From contig NZ_CP015137.1 in assembly GCF_001644705.1 (NCBI RefSeq), positions 4,590,001 through 4,622,000 on the forward strand: a stretch of DNA of 32,000 bases, written 5' to 3'. The position numbers were made by a program, and so were the translations under genes. This DNA comes from Dickeya solani IPO 2222. GTDB lineage: Bacteria > Pseudomonadota > Gammaproteobacteria > Enterobacterales > Enterobacteriaceae. A model generated the notes under the pieces. It worked only from the letters and a program-made list of their open reading frames with translations, ran no database searches and was not told where the DNA came from. Of the stretch, positions 1 through 8,175 are shown piece after piece (position 1 is the first letter of the stretch; every line of letters starts with the position of its first letter).

Positions 1-384
1 GGAGGCGCGCAGCGCGCCCTCGGTCGCCAGATGCTCGACCGCCAACCCCAACGACGAGGTATCCGCGTGCAGCAGACTGGTGTAAACAATCAGCCCGACA
101 GCGGCTTTTTTTGCCGCATCGATCACCGCGTTGTGCTGGGTTTCGCGCTTGCCGACTTCACTTGAGGAGATCAACAGCAACTTGTCTACCCCACTCAACG
201 CACTGACCAACGTCTCCGGCCGATCATAATCGCCATGTCGCACATGAATCCCCTGCGCGGCCAGAGCGCTGGCCTTGGCCGGGTCGCGCACCACCGCAAC
301 GATCTGTTCTGCCGGTACCGACTTCACCAGCGAATCAATCACCAGACGGCCCAGTTGGCCGGTTGCTCCTGTAATCGCAAACAT
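1..384 (-). CDS. qorB: NAD(P)H:quinone oxidoreductase, NmrA/QorB(YtfG)-like; first 128 codons only, the gene runs off the window start
   Basis: The reverse complement of 382-384 is ATG. My translation reads MFAITGATGQLGRLVIDSLVKSVPAEQIVAVVRDPAKASALAAQGIHVRHGDYD...LLLISSSEVGKRETQHNAVIDAAKKA. It has the GATGQLG Rossmann motif and is colinear with E. coli YtfG/QorB as I remember it. It is absent from the ORF track because the frame is open at the window edge. Confidence 0.8.
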   Translation of the reverse strand, partial: MFAITGATGQLGRLVIDSLVKSVPAEQIVAVVRDPAKASALAAQGIHVRHGDYDRPETLVSALSGVDKLLLISSSEVGKRETQHNAVIDAAKKAAVGLIVYTSLLHADTSSLGLAVEHLATEGALRAS

Positions 385-794
385 CACGTACTCCTGTTAA
401 TGAGAAAACCCTACGCCACGCTTCAACCCGAATGCTCTCAACGCCAAAACAGGCTAAAGCTCTTGCCAGCAAGCATATGGCCCAAACTCACTTTTAGTAA
501 GTACTAACAAAAAGGTTAGTGTGAAATAAAAATGCCAGCATTATCACAGAATGCTCGCGGCCAGCTTCCAGCTGGTATGCTGCCGGGTAACCTGTAAGAT
601 AATCGACCTACCGGTTTTTTAGTTTCAGTCACATCGCACTTATGCGATATTGCTTTTTCAGAGCGCTAATGACGCAAATATTTGTCATATTTGTCACTTC
701 TTTACGCATTTGATTCATGATCATCAGAATTATAATCGCAGATATTGAACACGATTTTCTGCCTTGACGGTTTATCACAAAGGGTCTCTTTGGC

Positions 795-2111
795 GTGGCA
801 AAATTATTTTTACGCAGTGGAAATTTAGACGATTTTCTTGCGTTGGGAGAGAACGGCCAGCCCGTTTATGCTTCGGCGCTACAATTACGGGAGACACTGC
901 GTCTTCGCAAACAACAGCACATCGCTGACTGTCTGGCCATTCCCCAACCTAACGAGGATGGCGATCGCATCGACTGGTATGCGCCCTTCGCCGGTAAGAT
1001 CACCTCCTGGATGGCGGCCAGCGACGAGCAACGCGAACAGGCGCTGCTGTTGCTGGAACAGTATCTCGGCACCGTTGACGCCATTAGCGAGCGGGCGCGT
1101 CAATCCAACAAACCGGCCCAGAAACTCTTCGGTGTATTGTTGTCGAAAGCCTTTCAGTTTCCGGGTTCCAATCATGTCTATTTGGTGGACGATAAACCGG
1201 TTATCACCTTCTGGGGTTTTGTCAGCCTGGGCAAAAAATCTCGCGTCGATGTGCTGGAGAGTTTGCGCCCGGTTGAGCCGGTCGAGATTCCCGAGCCGGT
1301 TCCGGAACCGCTGCCGGAAGTAACCACGCAGGTCGCCGACCCCGAACCGGAACAACCGGCGCTGCCGGTCGAACCGGAACCGGTCGTGGTTGCCGAACCG
1401 GTCGCTCCGCTGCAAACCGCCCCGGCGCGGCGCCGGGTCTGGACCAGCATGTGGTTGCTGGCGCCGGGTGCCGCGTTATTGGCGACGCTGGCGTTCCAGA
1501 TTCGCGGCTGCGTTTCTCAACCCGAAAACAACACCCCGCCGGCGGTGACCGCCATCAAACCGGAAAAACGCGCGCTGAGCGCCCCGCCGGCGGATACGCT
1601 TTCACCGCCGAATCTGCCGTTGGAAGTGGCGACGCTGTTGCCGTCGCCAGCGGTGGCTGAGCAGAAGAAACCCGAAGAAAAAGCGCCGGAAGCGCCCGCC
1701 CATGCAGAGATGAGCGCCGCGCCGAAGGGCGCGCTGGTGATGCCTGCCGACGCAGTAAAAATCGGCTCCATCCGTTTCCTCGACGGCAACTGGCAAGCGG
1801 TAGTCGCCATGAAAAATCCGCTGACCGGCAAACCACCGGTTCTCCGCTACCAGATCAAAGACGGTAAAGGCCGGGTACGCTTTAACTACAGCGAAAAAGT
1901 CACCTGTCAGGCTGAGGTAGAGGCCGGGTTGCACCAGTCCGGCAATCTGGTGATCAACAGCCGCTATCGGGCGCGCTGCAGCGATGGTTCCCGTTATCCG
2001 ATGCCGGAAATCGTCTGTACCCGGCAGGAATCGAGCGAGGCGGCAGAATGTAAAGGCCGCTACGATGCCGACACTGAGCTACCGATGACGATTAAGCGTG
2101 AGAGCAAATAA
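795..2111 (+). CDS. srfA: SrfA family protein; predicted bitopic membrane protein with Pro/Glu-rich linkers
   Basis: 438-codon ORF with a GTG start. The N-terminus MAKLFLRSGNLDDFLALGENGQPVY..LQLRETLRLRKQQ matches Salmonella SrfA as I recall it. It sits immediately upstream of srfB (3-nt gap). There is one hydrophobic segment, VWTSMWLLAPGAALLATLAFQI. Confidence 0.8.
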   Translation: MAKLFLRSGNLDDFLALGENGQPVYASALQLRETLRLRKQQHIADCLAIPQPNEDGDRIDWYAPFAGKITSWMAASDEQREQALLLLEQYLGTVDAISERARQSNKPAQKLFGVLLSKAFQFPGSNHVYLVDDKPVITFWGFVSLGKKSRVDVLESLRPVEPVEIPEPVPEPLPEVTTQVADPEPEQPALPVEPEPVVVAEPVAPLQTAPARRRVWTSMWLLAPGAALLATLAFQIRGCVSQPENNTPPAVTAIKPEKRALSAPPADTLSPPNLPLEVATLLPSPAVAEQKKPEEKAPEAPAHAEMSAAPKGALVMPADAVKIGSIRFLDGNWQAVVAMKNPLTGKPPVLRYQIKDGKGRVRFNYSEKVTCQAEVEAGLHQSGNLVINSRYRARCSDGSRYPMPEIVCTRQESSEAAECKGRYDADTELPMTIKRESK

Positions 2112-2113
2112 CC

Positions 2114-5104
2114 ATGCTGGCAACCCTGACAGATTACAAACAACACATTACGCTGATTCAGAATAGCGGTCTTCAGTTTCTCGATTTTGCGTTAAAGCTC
2201 CCGCCAGCCCGGTCAAGCTTCGCCAATCGCTTTGTTCGCAAGAGCGCCAACGGGCCGCTGTTGCGGCTGACGTACAACGAACACAGCGGAAAATACGCCT
2301 TGCCGAGCGCCATGCAGGTGCTGCCGGAAGCGGTCAATCCGGAATCCAGTTACACGCTGGAACAGTCGCTGCGTCTGCTGAGCAACGTATGGCTGCCGCT
2401 GCCCTTCTTCCGCTTTAATCCGCCGCGTACCTTCATGGGCGGCCCGAACAACTGGGCGCGGGTACAGGTGCTGGAGCTGGGCGAGCCGGACGATGACGGC
2501 AATACTCACCGCCTCTGTCTGGCCTTCGATACCCGCGTTTATCCGGAAAGCCACGATCTGGAAGCGCTGGCGCCCAACGAAAACGACATCAACGCCGGGC
2601 GTTTGTTCACGCTGGCCTATCACAGCGAAGAACTGGACGATTTTCTCGACCAGACCTGGGTGGACGGCTGGCTGCGCGAAGCGTTTTCCCAGCAGGCGCT
2701 GGTGGTGGAAAGCCGCAAACCCCGCGATATCCGCCAGAATCTGCGTGAATTCGAATATCAGGCACATTACCTGAATCTGCTGGATATTATGGCGACGCTG
2801 CTGGATGTGCCGGAAATCCGCATCACTAGCGGTACGCTGAAAGAGCCGGCCATCAATGTGGATCTGATTCTTGATGTCGGCAACTCCCACACTGCCGGGA
2901 TTCTGGTGGAGGATCACGCCGACGAAAGCAACGGCCTCAAACAGACCTACGAGCTACAGATCCGCGATTTGAGCCAGCCTCATTATCTGTACAACGAGCT
3001 GTTCGACAGCCGGGTGGAATTCGCCCAGGCGCGCTTCGGCAAGCAGAATTTTTCCTTCGAAAGCGGTCGCGACGATGCGTTTGTCTGGCCGTCGATTACC
3101 CGCGTCGGGCGCGAGGCCAGCCGTCTGGCGCTGCAACGTCAGGGAACCGAAGGCTCCAGCGGTATCTCCAGCCCGCGCCGTTATCTGTGGGACGAAGAGC
3201 CGTATGTGCCAGGCTGGCGCTTCAGCCAGACCAACGGCCCGCGTCAGCAGGAACCGCTGGCGACCGCCATGCCGTTGACCATGCTGGTCAACGATGAAGG
3301 CCAGCCGCTGTTCAGTTTACCGCTGGACGAACGCCTGCCGGTGTTCGACCCGCACTACAGCCGCAGTTCGGTGATGACGTTCATGCTCTCCGAACTGCTG
3401 GCGCAGGCGCTGATGCAAATGAACAGCCCCGCCCAACGGCTGAAGATGATTCACGCCAACGCGCCGCGCCAGTTACGCAACATTATTCTGACCCTGCCCT
3501 CGGCCATGCCTAAACCGGAACGCGAGATCTTCCGGCGCCGGATGATCGAAGCGATCGGGCTGGTGTGGAAAGCGATGGGCTGGCACCCGGCCGATGAGGA
3601 TTTCCTGACGGCGGATGGCAAGCGCCACAGCGGCGTGCCGGTACCGGAAGTTCAGATGGAGTGGGATGAAGCCACCTGCGGACAGATGGTATACCTCTAC
3701 AACGAAGCGCAGGTGAATTTCGGCGGCCGGGCGGAGGCGTTCTTCGCCAGCATGGCGCGGCCGGACAAAGAACTGGCGGACGACGAACAGCCGGGGAAAA
3801 CCTTACGTATCGCGTCTATCGATATCGGCGGCGGCACCACCGATCTGGCGATTACCCAATACTGGCTGGACGACGGCGTCGGCAGCAACGTCAAAATCAT
3901 CCCCCGCCTGCTGTTTCGTGAAGGGTTTAAAGTCGCCGGCGATGACATTCTGCTGGACGTGATCCAGCTGTATGTGTTGCCCGCGTTGCAGGTCGCACTG
4001 AAAAAAGCCGGCGTCACCAGTCCGGATAGCCTGATGACCCGGCTGTTCGGCAGCGAAGGCCGCATGGACGGCCAACTGACGCTGCGCCAGCAGGTCACGC
4101 TGCAGATGTTTATTCCTATCGGCCAGGCGATTCTGGAAGCCTACGAACAGTTCGATCCGCTCGATCTGAACGCGGAAATCGACACCACCTTCGGCGAAAT
4201 GCTGCCGCAGGCGCCGACGCGCAAAGTGCTGGAATACGTTAACAGCGAGATCCAGCGTGAACTGCCGGACGAGGAAACGCCGTTCGACATCCTGCAAGTA
4301 CCGTTGATCCTACGTCTTGGCAAGCTGCACAGCGAATTTCTGGCCAACCGCATGAGCATTACCCAGCACCTGCGGCTGATGTCGGAAGTGGTGTCGCTGT
4401 ATGCCTGCGACGTGCTGTTGCTGACCGGTCGCCCGTCCCGTTTCCCGGGCATTCAGGCGCTGTTCCGCCACCTGCAGCCGCTGCCGATTAACCGCATGAT
4501 GTCGCTGGATGGCTATCACACCAGCGACTGGTATCCGTTTAACAAGCGCGGACGTATCGAAAACCCGAAATCCACCGCCGCGGTGGGGGCGATGCTGTGC
4601 CTGCTGGCGCTGGATCTGCGTCTGCCCGGTTTCTACTTCAAAGCCGGGGATTTCGAACCCTATTCCACCGTGCGCTACCTCGGTATGCTGGACAGCAGCC
4701 ACACCCTCACCACCGATAACGTCTACTATAACGATATCGATCTGGATGACGCCGATTTCACGCTGGACGATCAGTCCGGTTTCGAAGTACGCGGCTCGCT
4801 GTGCCTCGGCTTCCGCCAGTTGGACAACGAACGCTGGCCCGCCTCGCCGCTCTACTCGCTGTCGATCGTCGATCCAGAGCTGGCCCGCAAGGTGGCCGGC
4901 GACAGCGTACTGCACGTGCGCCTGAAAGTGGTGCCGGGCGACGATAACCTCACGCCGGAGCGCGTCGAGATCGCCGACGCGGTGCTGGGTTCCGGGCTCG
5001 CCATTTCGCCGCATCAGTTAAGGCTGAAACTCAATACCTTGTCCAGCACGGTTTCCGGCATGGCACATTACTGGATCGATAGCGGGAGCGTCTTCAAGAA
5101 ATGA
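2114..5104 (+). CDS. srfB: SrfB family protein (annotated virulence factor SrfB); carries actin/Hsp70-type phosphate-binding motifs
   Basis: 996-aa ORF of the size and position expected for SrfB. It contains LILDVGNSHTAGILVE and ASIDIGGGTTDLAI. Its stop overlaps the srfC start (ATGA at 5101-5104). Confidence 0.9.
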   Translation: MLATLTDYKQHITLIQNSGLQFLDFALKLPPARSSFANRFVRKSANGPLLRLTYNEHSGKYALPSAMQVLPEAVNPESSYTLEQSLRLLSNVWLPLPFFRFNPPRTFMGGPNNWARVQVLELGEPDDDGNTHRLCLAFDTRVYPESHDLEALAPNENDINAGRLFTLAYHSEELDDFLDQTWVDGWLREAFSQQALVVESRKPRDIRQNLREFEYQAHYLNLLDIMATLLDVPEIRITSGTLKEPAINVDLILDVGNSHTAGILVEDHADESNGLKQTYELQIRDLSQPHYLYNELFDSRVEFAQARFGKQNFSFESGRDDAFVWPSITRVGREASRLALQRQGTEGSSGISSPRRYLWDEEPYVPGWRFSQTNGPRQQEPLATAMPLTMLVNDEGQPLFSLPLDERLPVFDPHYSRSSVMTFMLSELLAQALMQMNSPAQRLKMIHANAPRQLRNIILTLPSAMPKPEREIFRRRMIEAIGLVWKAMGWHPADEDFLTADGKRHSGVPVPEVQMEWDEATCGQMVYLYNEAQVNFGGRAEAFFASMARPDKELADDEQPGKTLRIASIDIGGGTTDLAITQYWLDDGVGSNVKIIPRLLFREGFKVAGDDILLDVIQLYVLPALQVALKKAGVTSPDSLMTRLFGSEGRMDGQLTLRQQVTLQMFIPIGQAILEAYEQFDPLDLNAEIDTTFGEMLPQAPTRKVLEYVNSEIQRELPDEETPFDILQVPLILRLGKLHSEFLANRMSITQHLRLMSEVVSLYACDVLLLTGRPSRFPGIQALFRHLQPLPINRMMSLDGYHTSDWYPFNKRGRIENPKSTAAVGAMLCLLALDLRLPGFYFKAGDFEPYSTVRYLGMLDSSHTLTTDNVYYNDIDLDDADFTLDDQSGFEVRGSLCLGFRQLDNERWPASPLYSLSIVDPELARKVAGDSVLHVRLKVVPGDDNLTPERVEIADAVLGSGLAISPHQLRLKLNTLSSTVSGMAHYWIDSGSVFKK

Positions 5105-7605
5105 AACCATTAACGCCCAAACAGTTGTCGAGCCGTCTCAGCCGTCAGTTGCAATCCGTTTCGCAAGGCGTAGATCAGGCGATCGCCTGGGTGGATGAAA
5201 CCCGGCGCAACGTTCCCCGCCTGGATATGGAAGCCGATCGGCTCGTCGTCAAGCTGCGACGTTGCCGCAACAAGGCCCGCGGGCTGTCCGATTCGTCGCT
5301 TAAAGAGATCGCCATGGGCATGTTCGGGTTGGCTCAGGGCGGCAAAACCTATCTGCTGACCTCGCTGGCCGGCGGCGAAACCGGACGGATTGAAACCTCC
5401 GTCGGCGGCGTCACGCTGGATTATCAGAAAAACATCAATCCGGATAACCAGCAGCCGGCCTTTGTCACCCGCTTTACCCGGCAGGCTGAAGGCAAAAACA
5501 CCCCGAACCCGGTGCAGATCCAGTTGCTCAACGAGGCCGATATCGCCCGTATTATGGCCTATGCCTTCGTACTGGAAGACAGTCAGAACCCGGTGCCGGA
5601 GCTCGACGAACAACATATCGCCGAGCACCTGAAAACCCTGTCGTTGCACCGCCAGCAGGAAGCGGTGCCTGGACTGGACGGCGATGACGTGGTCGCGCTG
5701 TGGGATTATCTGGTGCGCCACGACGCCCGTCGTCAAAAACCGCTGGAACGCAAATTCTGGCCGCTGGCGGTGGAACTGGCGCCGCATCTTAGCATTGACG
5801 ACCGCGCCAGCCTGTTCTCGGTTCTGTGGGGCGAACAGTCGGAATACACCTCGCTCTACCGCCATTTCGCCCACACGCTGGAGCAATTGTCCGGTGCCCG
5901 TAAGATACTGGCGCCGATCAGCCTGCTGGTGGATGAATCGCTACAGCCCGACAGCGGTATTTTCAACGCCAACCTGTTCGACCGGCTCAATAGCCCTTCC
6001 GATCTCAGCGCACAGGTGCGCCCTATCGTCAACGGCCGCGCGGCCAGAAATGTGGAGCTGTCGCTGGCAGAACTGCTCATGCTGGCGGCTGAAGTGCAAA
6101 TCCCGCTGTTGTCGCCGCCAAAGGAAACGTTGTTCGAGCAGGTTGACCTGCTCGATTTTCCGGGGTTCAGCCTGCAGGACGAGCCGGAATTCGAGTCGGA
6201 CGAGGACAACCCGGAGCGGCTGTTACGACTCAAACCACACCCGTTGTCCCGTGCGTTGCTGCGCGCTAAACGCGCCTATTTGCTGGAGCGTTATACCGAC
6301 GATCAGGAAATGAATCTGCTGATGGTCTGTACCGCCGCCGCTTGCAAAGCGGACGTGCGCCACGTCGGCCGGGCGCTGGATTTTTGGGTGCGTCATACCC
6401 AGGGCGAAAACCCGCAAATCCGCAGCCGCCGCAAGCCCGGCCTGATCTGGGCGGTGACCCGTCATGACCGGCGTTTCACCCACGGCTATAACAATGATGA
6501 AGCGGTACAGCGTTACGTCGGTAACCCCGGCGATGCCTGGGGCACCATGCTGGCGATGGACAAGCGCGGCATCAACCGGATGGCGGCCTGGCTGGACGCG
6601 GAAGTGCGCCGTGAAGTCAAACTGGGGCGCATCAACGAGCAACTGAGCGAATTGCAGCGCGAACTGTCCGATAACCTGCTCGGCAGTTGGTATCAGCCGG
6701 CCGGCGCCGATGATCCGGCACACAAACAGCATATCGCCGAGTCGATGCTCAAAGCGTTGCAAACCCGAACCGGCGTACACGGCGAACTGCTGGAGCGGTT
6801 ATTGCCTTCCCGCGATGAAATACGCCGACTGTATCTGCAACAGCAGGAGCAGACGCAACGCAACTTCGCGTCCTATCATGAAACGCAGGATACGGCGGTG
6901 CCGCTGGTCAGCTATGAACCGTTTGGCGTCGGGATGGATATCGACCTGTTCAGCGACGCCGCCGACCCGAGCGAAGAAGACGAAACCATCATCGCCCCGG
7001 CGCCGACCGAGGAAGAACAAACCGAAAACCACAGCTATGAGGCGGAGTTCGCCCGTAATCTGTACCGGTATTGGATCAACCACCTGCGTAACCTGCCGGA
7101 AAACATCGCCATCATTGAATTGCTGGGAATTAACCGCCCCACCATTGAAATGCTGGTGGAGGAACTGATTACGGCCAGCGTGCGGCTGAAGATTGAAGAT
7201 GAGCTGCAAACCATGCTGGTGGATTCCGGGCAGTTGGGTATTAACCGGGAAAGCAAGGCGGATCGTCAGGTATCGCGCGCGCTCAACGTCCTCGGCGATT
7301 TCGTCGCCTGGCTGGGCTTCCAGCAGGTGTCCGAGGCCAGCCGACCGGACAGCCGCGTCAACAAAGGCAACAAGATCTTTGCCAAGCCGGAAAAGCAAAC
7401 GGCCAACTTCGGCACCTCCCGCCGGTTGACCAAACTGTCGGCGACGCCGGTCAACAATACCGCTTATTACATTTATGACTGGCTGATCGGCCTGAACGAG
7501 ATGATTATCCAGAACGCCGGCTATGCGGCCGGCCGTGATATCAAACCCAAACAGCGCGAACGTCTGGGAACGATTCTGGGTCTGATCAAACCGGCCGAAG
7601 GCTGA
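5101..7605 (+). CDS. srfC: SrfC family protein (annotated virulence effector SrfC); P-loop NTPase, probably a GTPase
   Basis: 834-aa ORF, third gene of the srf operon. Walker A GLAQGGKT at 5326-5349, DLLDFPG at 6145-6165, and TRHD at 6457-6468. There is an acidic stretch near residue 620. Confidence 0.9.
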   Translation: MKPLTPKQLSSRLSRQLQSVSQGVDQAIAWVDETRRNVPRLDMEADRLVVKLRRCRNKARGLSDSSLKEIAMGMFGLAQGGKTYLLTSLAGGETGRIETSVGGVTLDYQKNINPDNQQPAFVTRFTRQAEGKNTPNPVQIQLLNEADIARIMAYAFVLEDSQNPVPELDEQHIAEHLKTLSLHRQQEAVPGLDGDDVVALWDYLVRHDARRQKPLERKFWPLAVELAPHLSIDDRASLFSVLWGEQSEYTSLYRHFAHTLEQLSGARKILAPISLLVDESLQPDSGIFNANLFDRLNSPSDLSAQVRPIVNGRAARNVELSLAELLMLAAEVQIPLLSPPKETLFEQVDLLDFPGFSLQDEPEFESDEDNPERLLRLKPHPLSRALLRAKRAYLLERYTDDQEMNLLMVCTAAACKADVRHVGRALDFWVRHTQGENPQIRSRRKPGLIWAVTRHDRRFTHGYNNDEAVQRYVGNPGDAWGTMLAMDKRGINRMAAWLDAEVRREVKLGRINEQLSELQRELSDNLLGSWYQPAGADDPAHKQHIAESMLKALQTRTGVHGELLERLLPSRDEIRRLYLQQQEQTQRNFASYHETQDTAVPLVSYEPFGVGMDIDLFSDAADPSEEDETIIAPAPTEEEQTENHSYEAEFARNLYRYWINHLRNLPENIAIIELLGINRPTIEMLVEELITASVRLKIEDELQTMLVDSGQLGINRESKADRQVSRALNVLGDFVAWLGFQQVSEASRPDSRVNKGNKIFAKPEKQTANFGTSRRLTKLSATPVNNTAYYIYDWLIGLNEMIIQNAGYAAGRDIKPKQRERLGTILGLIKPAEG

Positions 7606-7612
7606 CCCCTGC

Positions 7613-7640
7613 GGCGGAGCGTAACGCTCCGCCCTTTCAG
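7613..7640 (+). terminator. Possible intrinsic terminator after srfC
   Basis: GGCGGAGCG-taa-CGCTCCGCC, a perfect 9-bp stem 8 nt after the srfC stop. It is followed only by a weak CTTTC tract. Confidence 0.4.
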
Positions 7641-7841
7641 CATAAAAGTTTACACAATCAAATAATTATGCTGCTTTCCTTATCCCCTATTTCGATAAAA
7701 TCACGTTAGAAATCAGGCTGGTCTTGCAAAAATGCGACTCTCACGTCATAGTTTTACACGGGGTATGCACTGTTGTACCGAATGTATAACGAATGCTTTT
7801 ATTGCCATGTTTTTTCTTTGATTAGCCCGGTTTAAAGCAAT

Positions 7842-7898
7842 ACTGTCGATGTTAAAAAGTACTGTCGATGTTAAAAAGTACTGTCGACGCTAAAAAAG
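7842..7898. repeat. 19-bp tandem direct repeat, three copies
   Basis: ACTGTCGATGTTAAAAAGT at 7842-7860 and 7861-7879 (identical), then ACTGTCGACGCTAAAAAAG at 7880-7898. It lies in a 570-bp AT-rich intergenic region. Confidence 0.9.
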
Positions 7899-8175
7899 GC
7901 ACGCAGGCTACCCCGCTCTTTTTTCCACCATCATGACGACCAGGCTGTTATTCCTGTAAAGGAAAACAGAACGGCTCTTCTTCCAGGGATATCGGGTTGC
8001 AGTTATCCATTGGGTGTGTTCTGAAACGCACTAACACCCGTATTGACATACCAGGCTACTGGTGACGGCAACGTCGCCGGGAAACGATTGATATCCCCAT
8101 TCCACGACGCCTGACACCCCGCTCAGACGCGCGGTTTTCTCTCAGCTGTTCACGACATGGCACAGGTAACGCATC

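Noticed and set aside
235-507. A 90-codon plus-strand ORF at the window start.
   Set aside because: It overlaps the 5' end of the qorB-like gene on the opposite strand and runs into the promoter region. It has no ribosome-binding site or recognisable sequence.
385-794. Searched for a FliA (TAAAGTTT-N11-GCCGATAA) or clear FlhDC box upstream of srfA, because the Salmonella operon is reported as flagellar class 2.
   Set aside because: No CCGATAA-like -10 element is present. Only a partial AATG-N4-AAATA resemblance occurs at 668-680, which is too weak to call.
2213-7398. Many 100-260 codon ORFs antisense to or out of frame with srfB and srfC (for example 2213-2917, 4310-5014, 5110-5886, 6223-6780 and 6799-7398).
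   Set aside because: All lie inside the long, motif-bearing srfB and srfC frames. Their compositions are skewed (Arg, Gln, His and Ala rich) and they have no recognisable domains, so they are shadow ORFs.
7842-7898. Considered whether the 19-bp repeats could be a minimal CRISPR array.
   Set aside because: The repeats are directly adjacent with no spacers, there are only three copies, and no cas genes are in the window.
7606-8175. Considered whether the AT-rich gene-free spacers (also 17895-18230 and 26440-26699) mark the edges of a mobile or horizontally acquired island.
   Set aside because: I found no integrase, transposase, tRNA, flanking direct repeats or IS ends anywhere in the window. 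AT-rich divergent or promoter spacers are sufficient to explain them. Acquisition of the dehydrogenase module remains possible but is unsupported.
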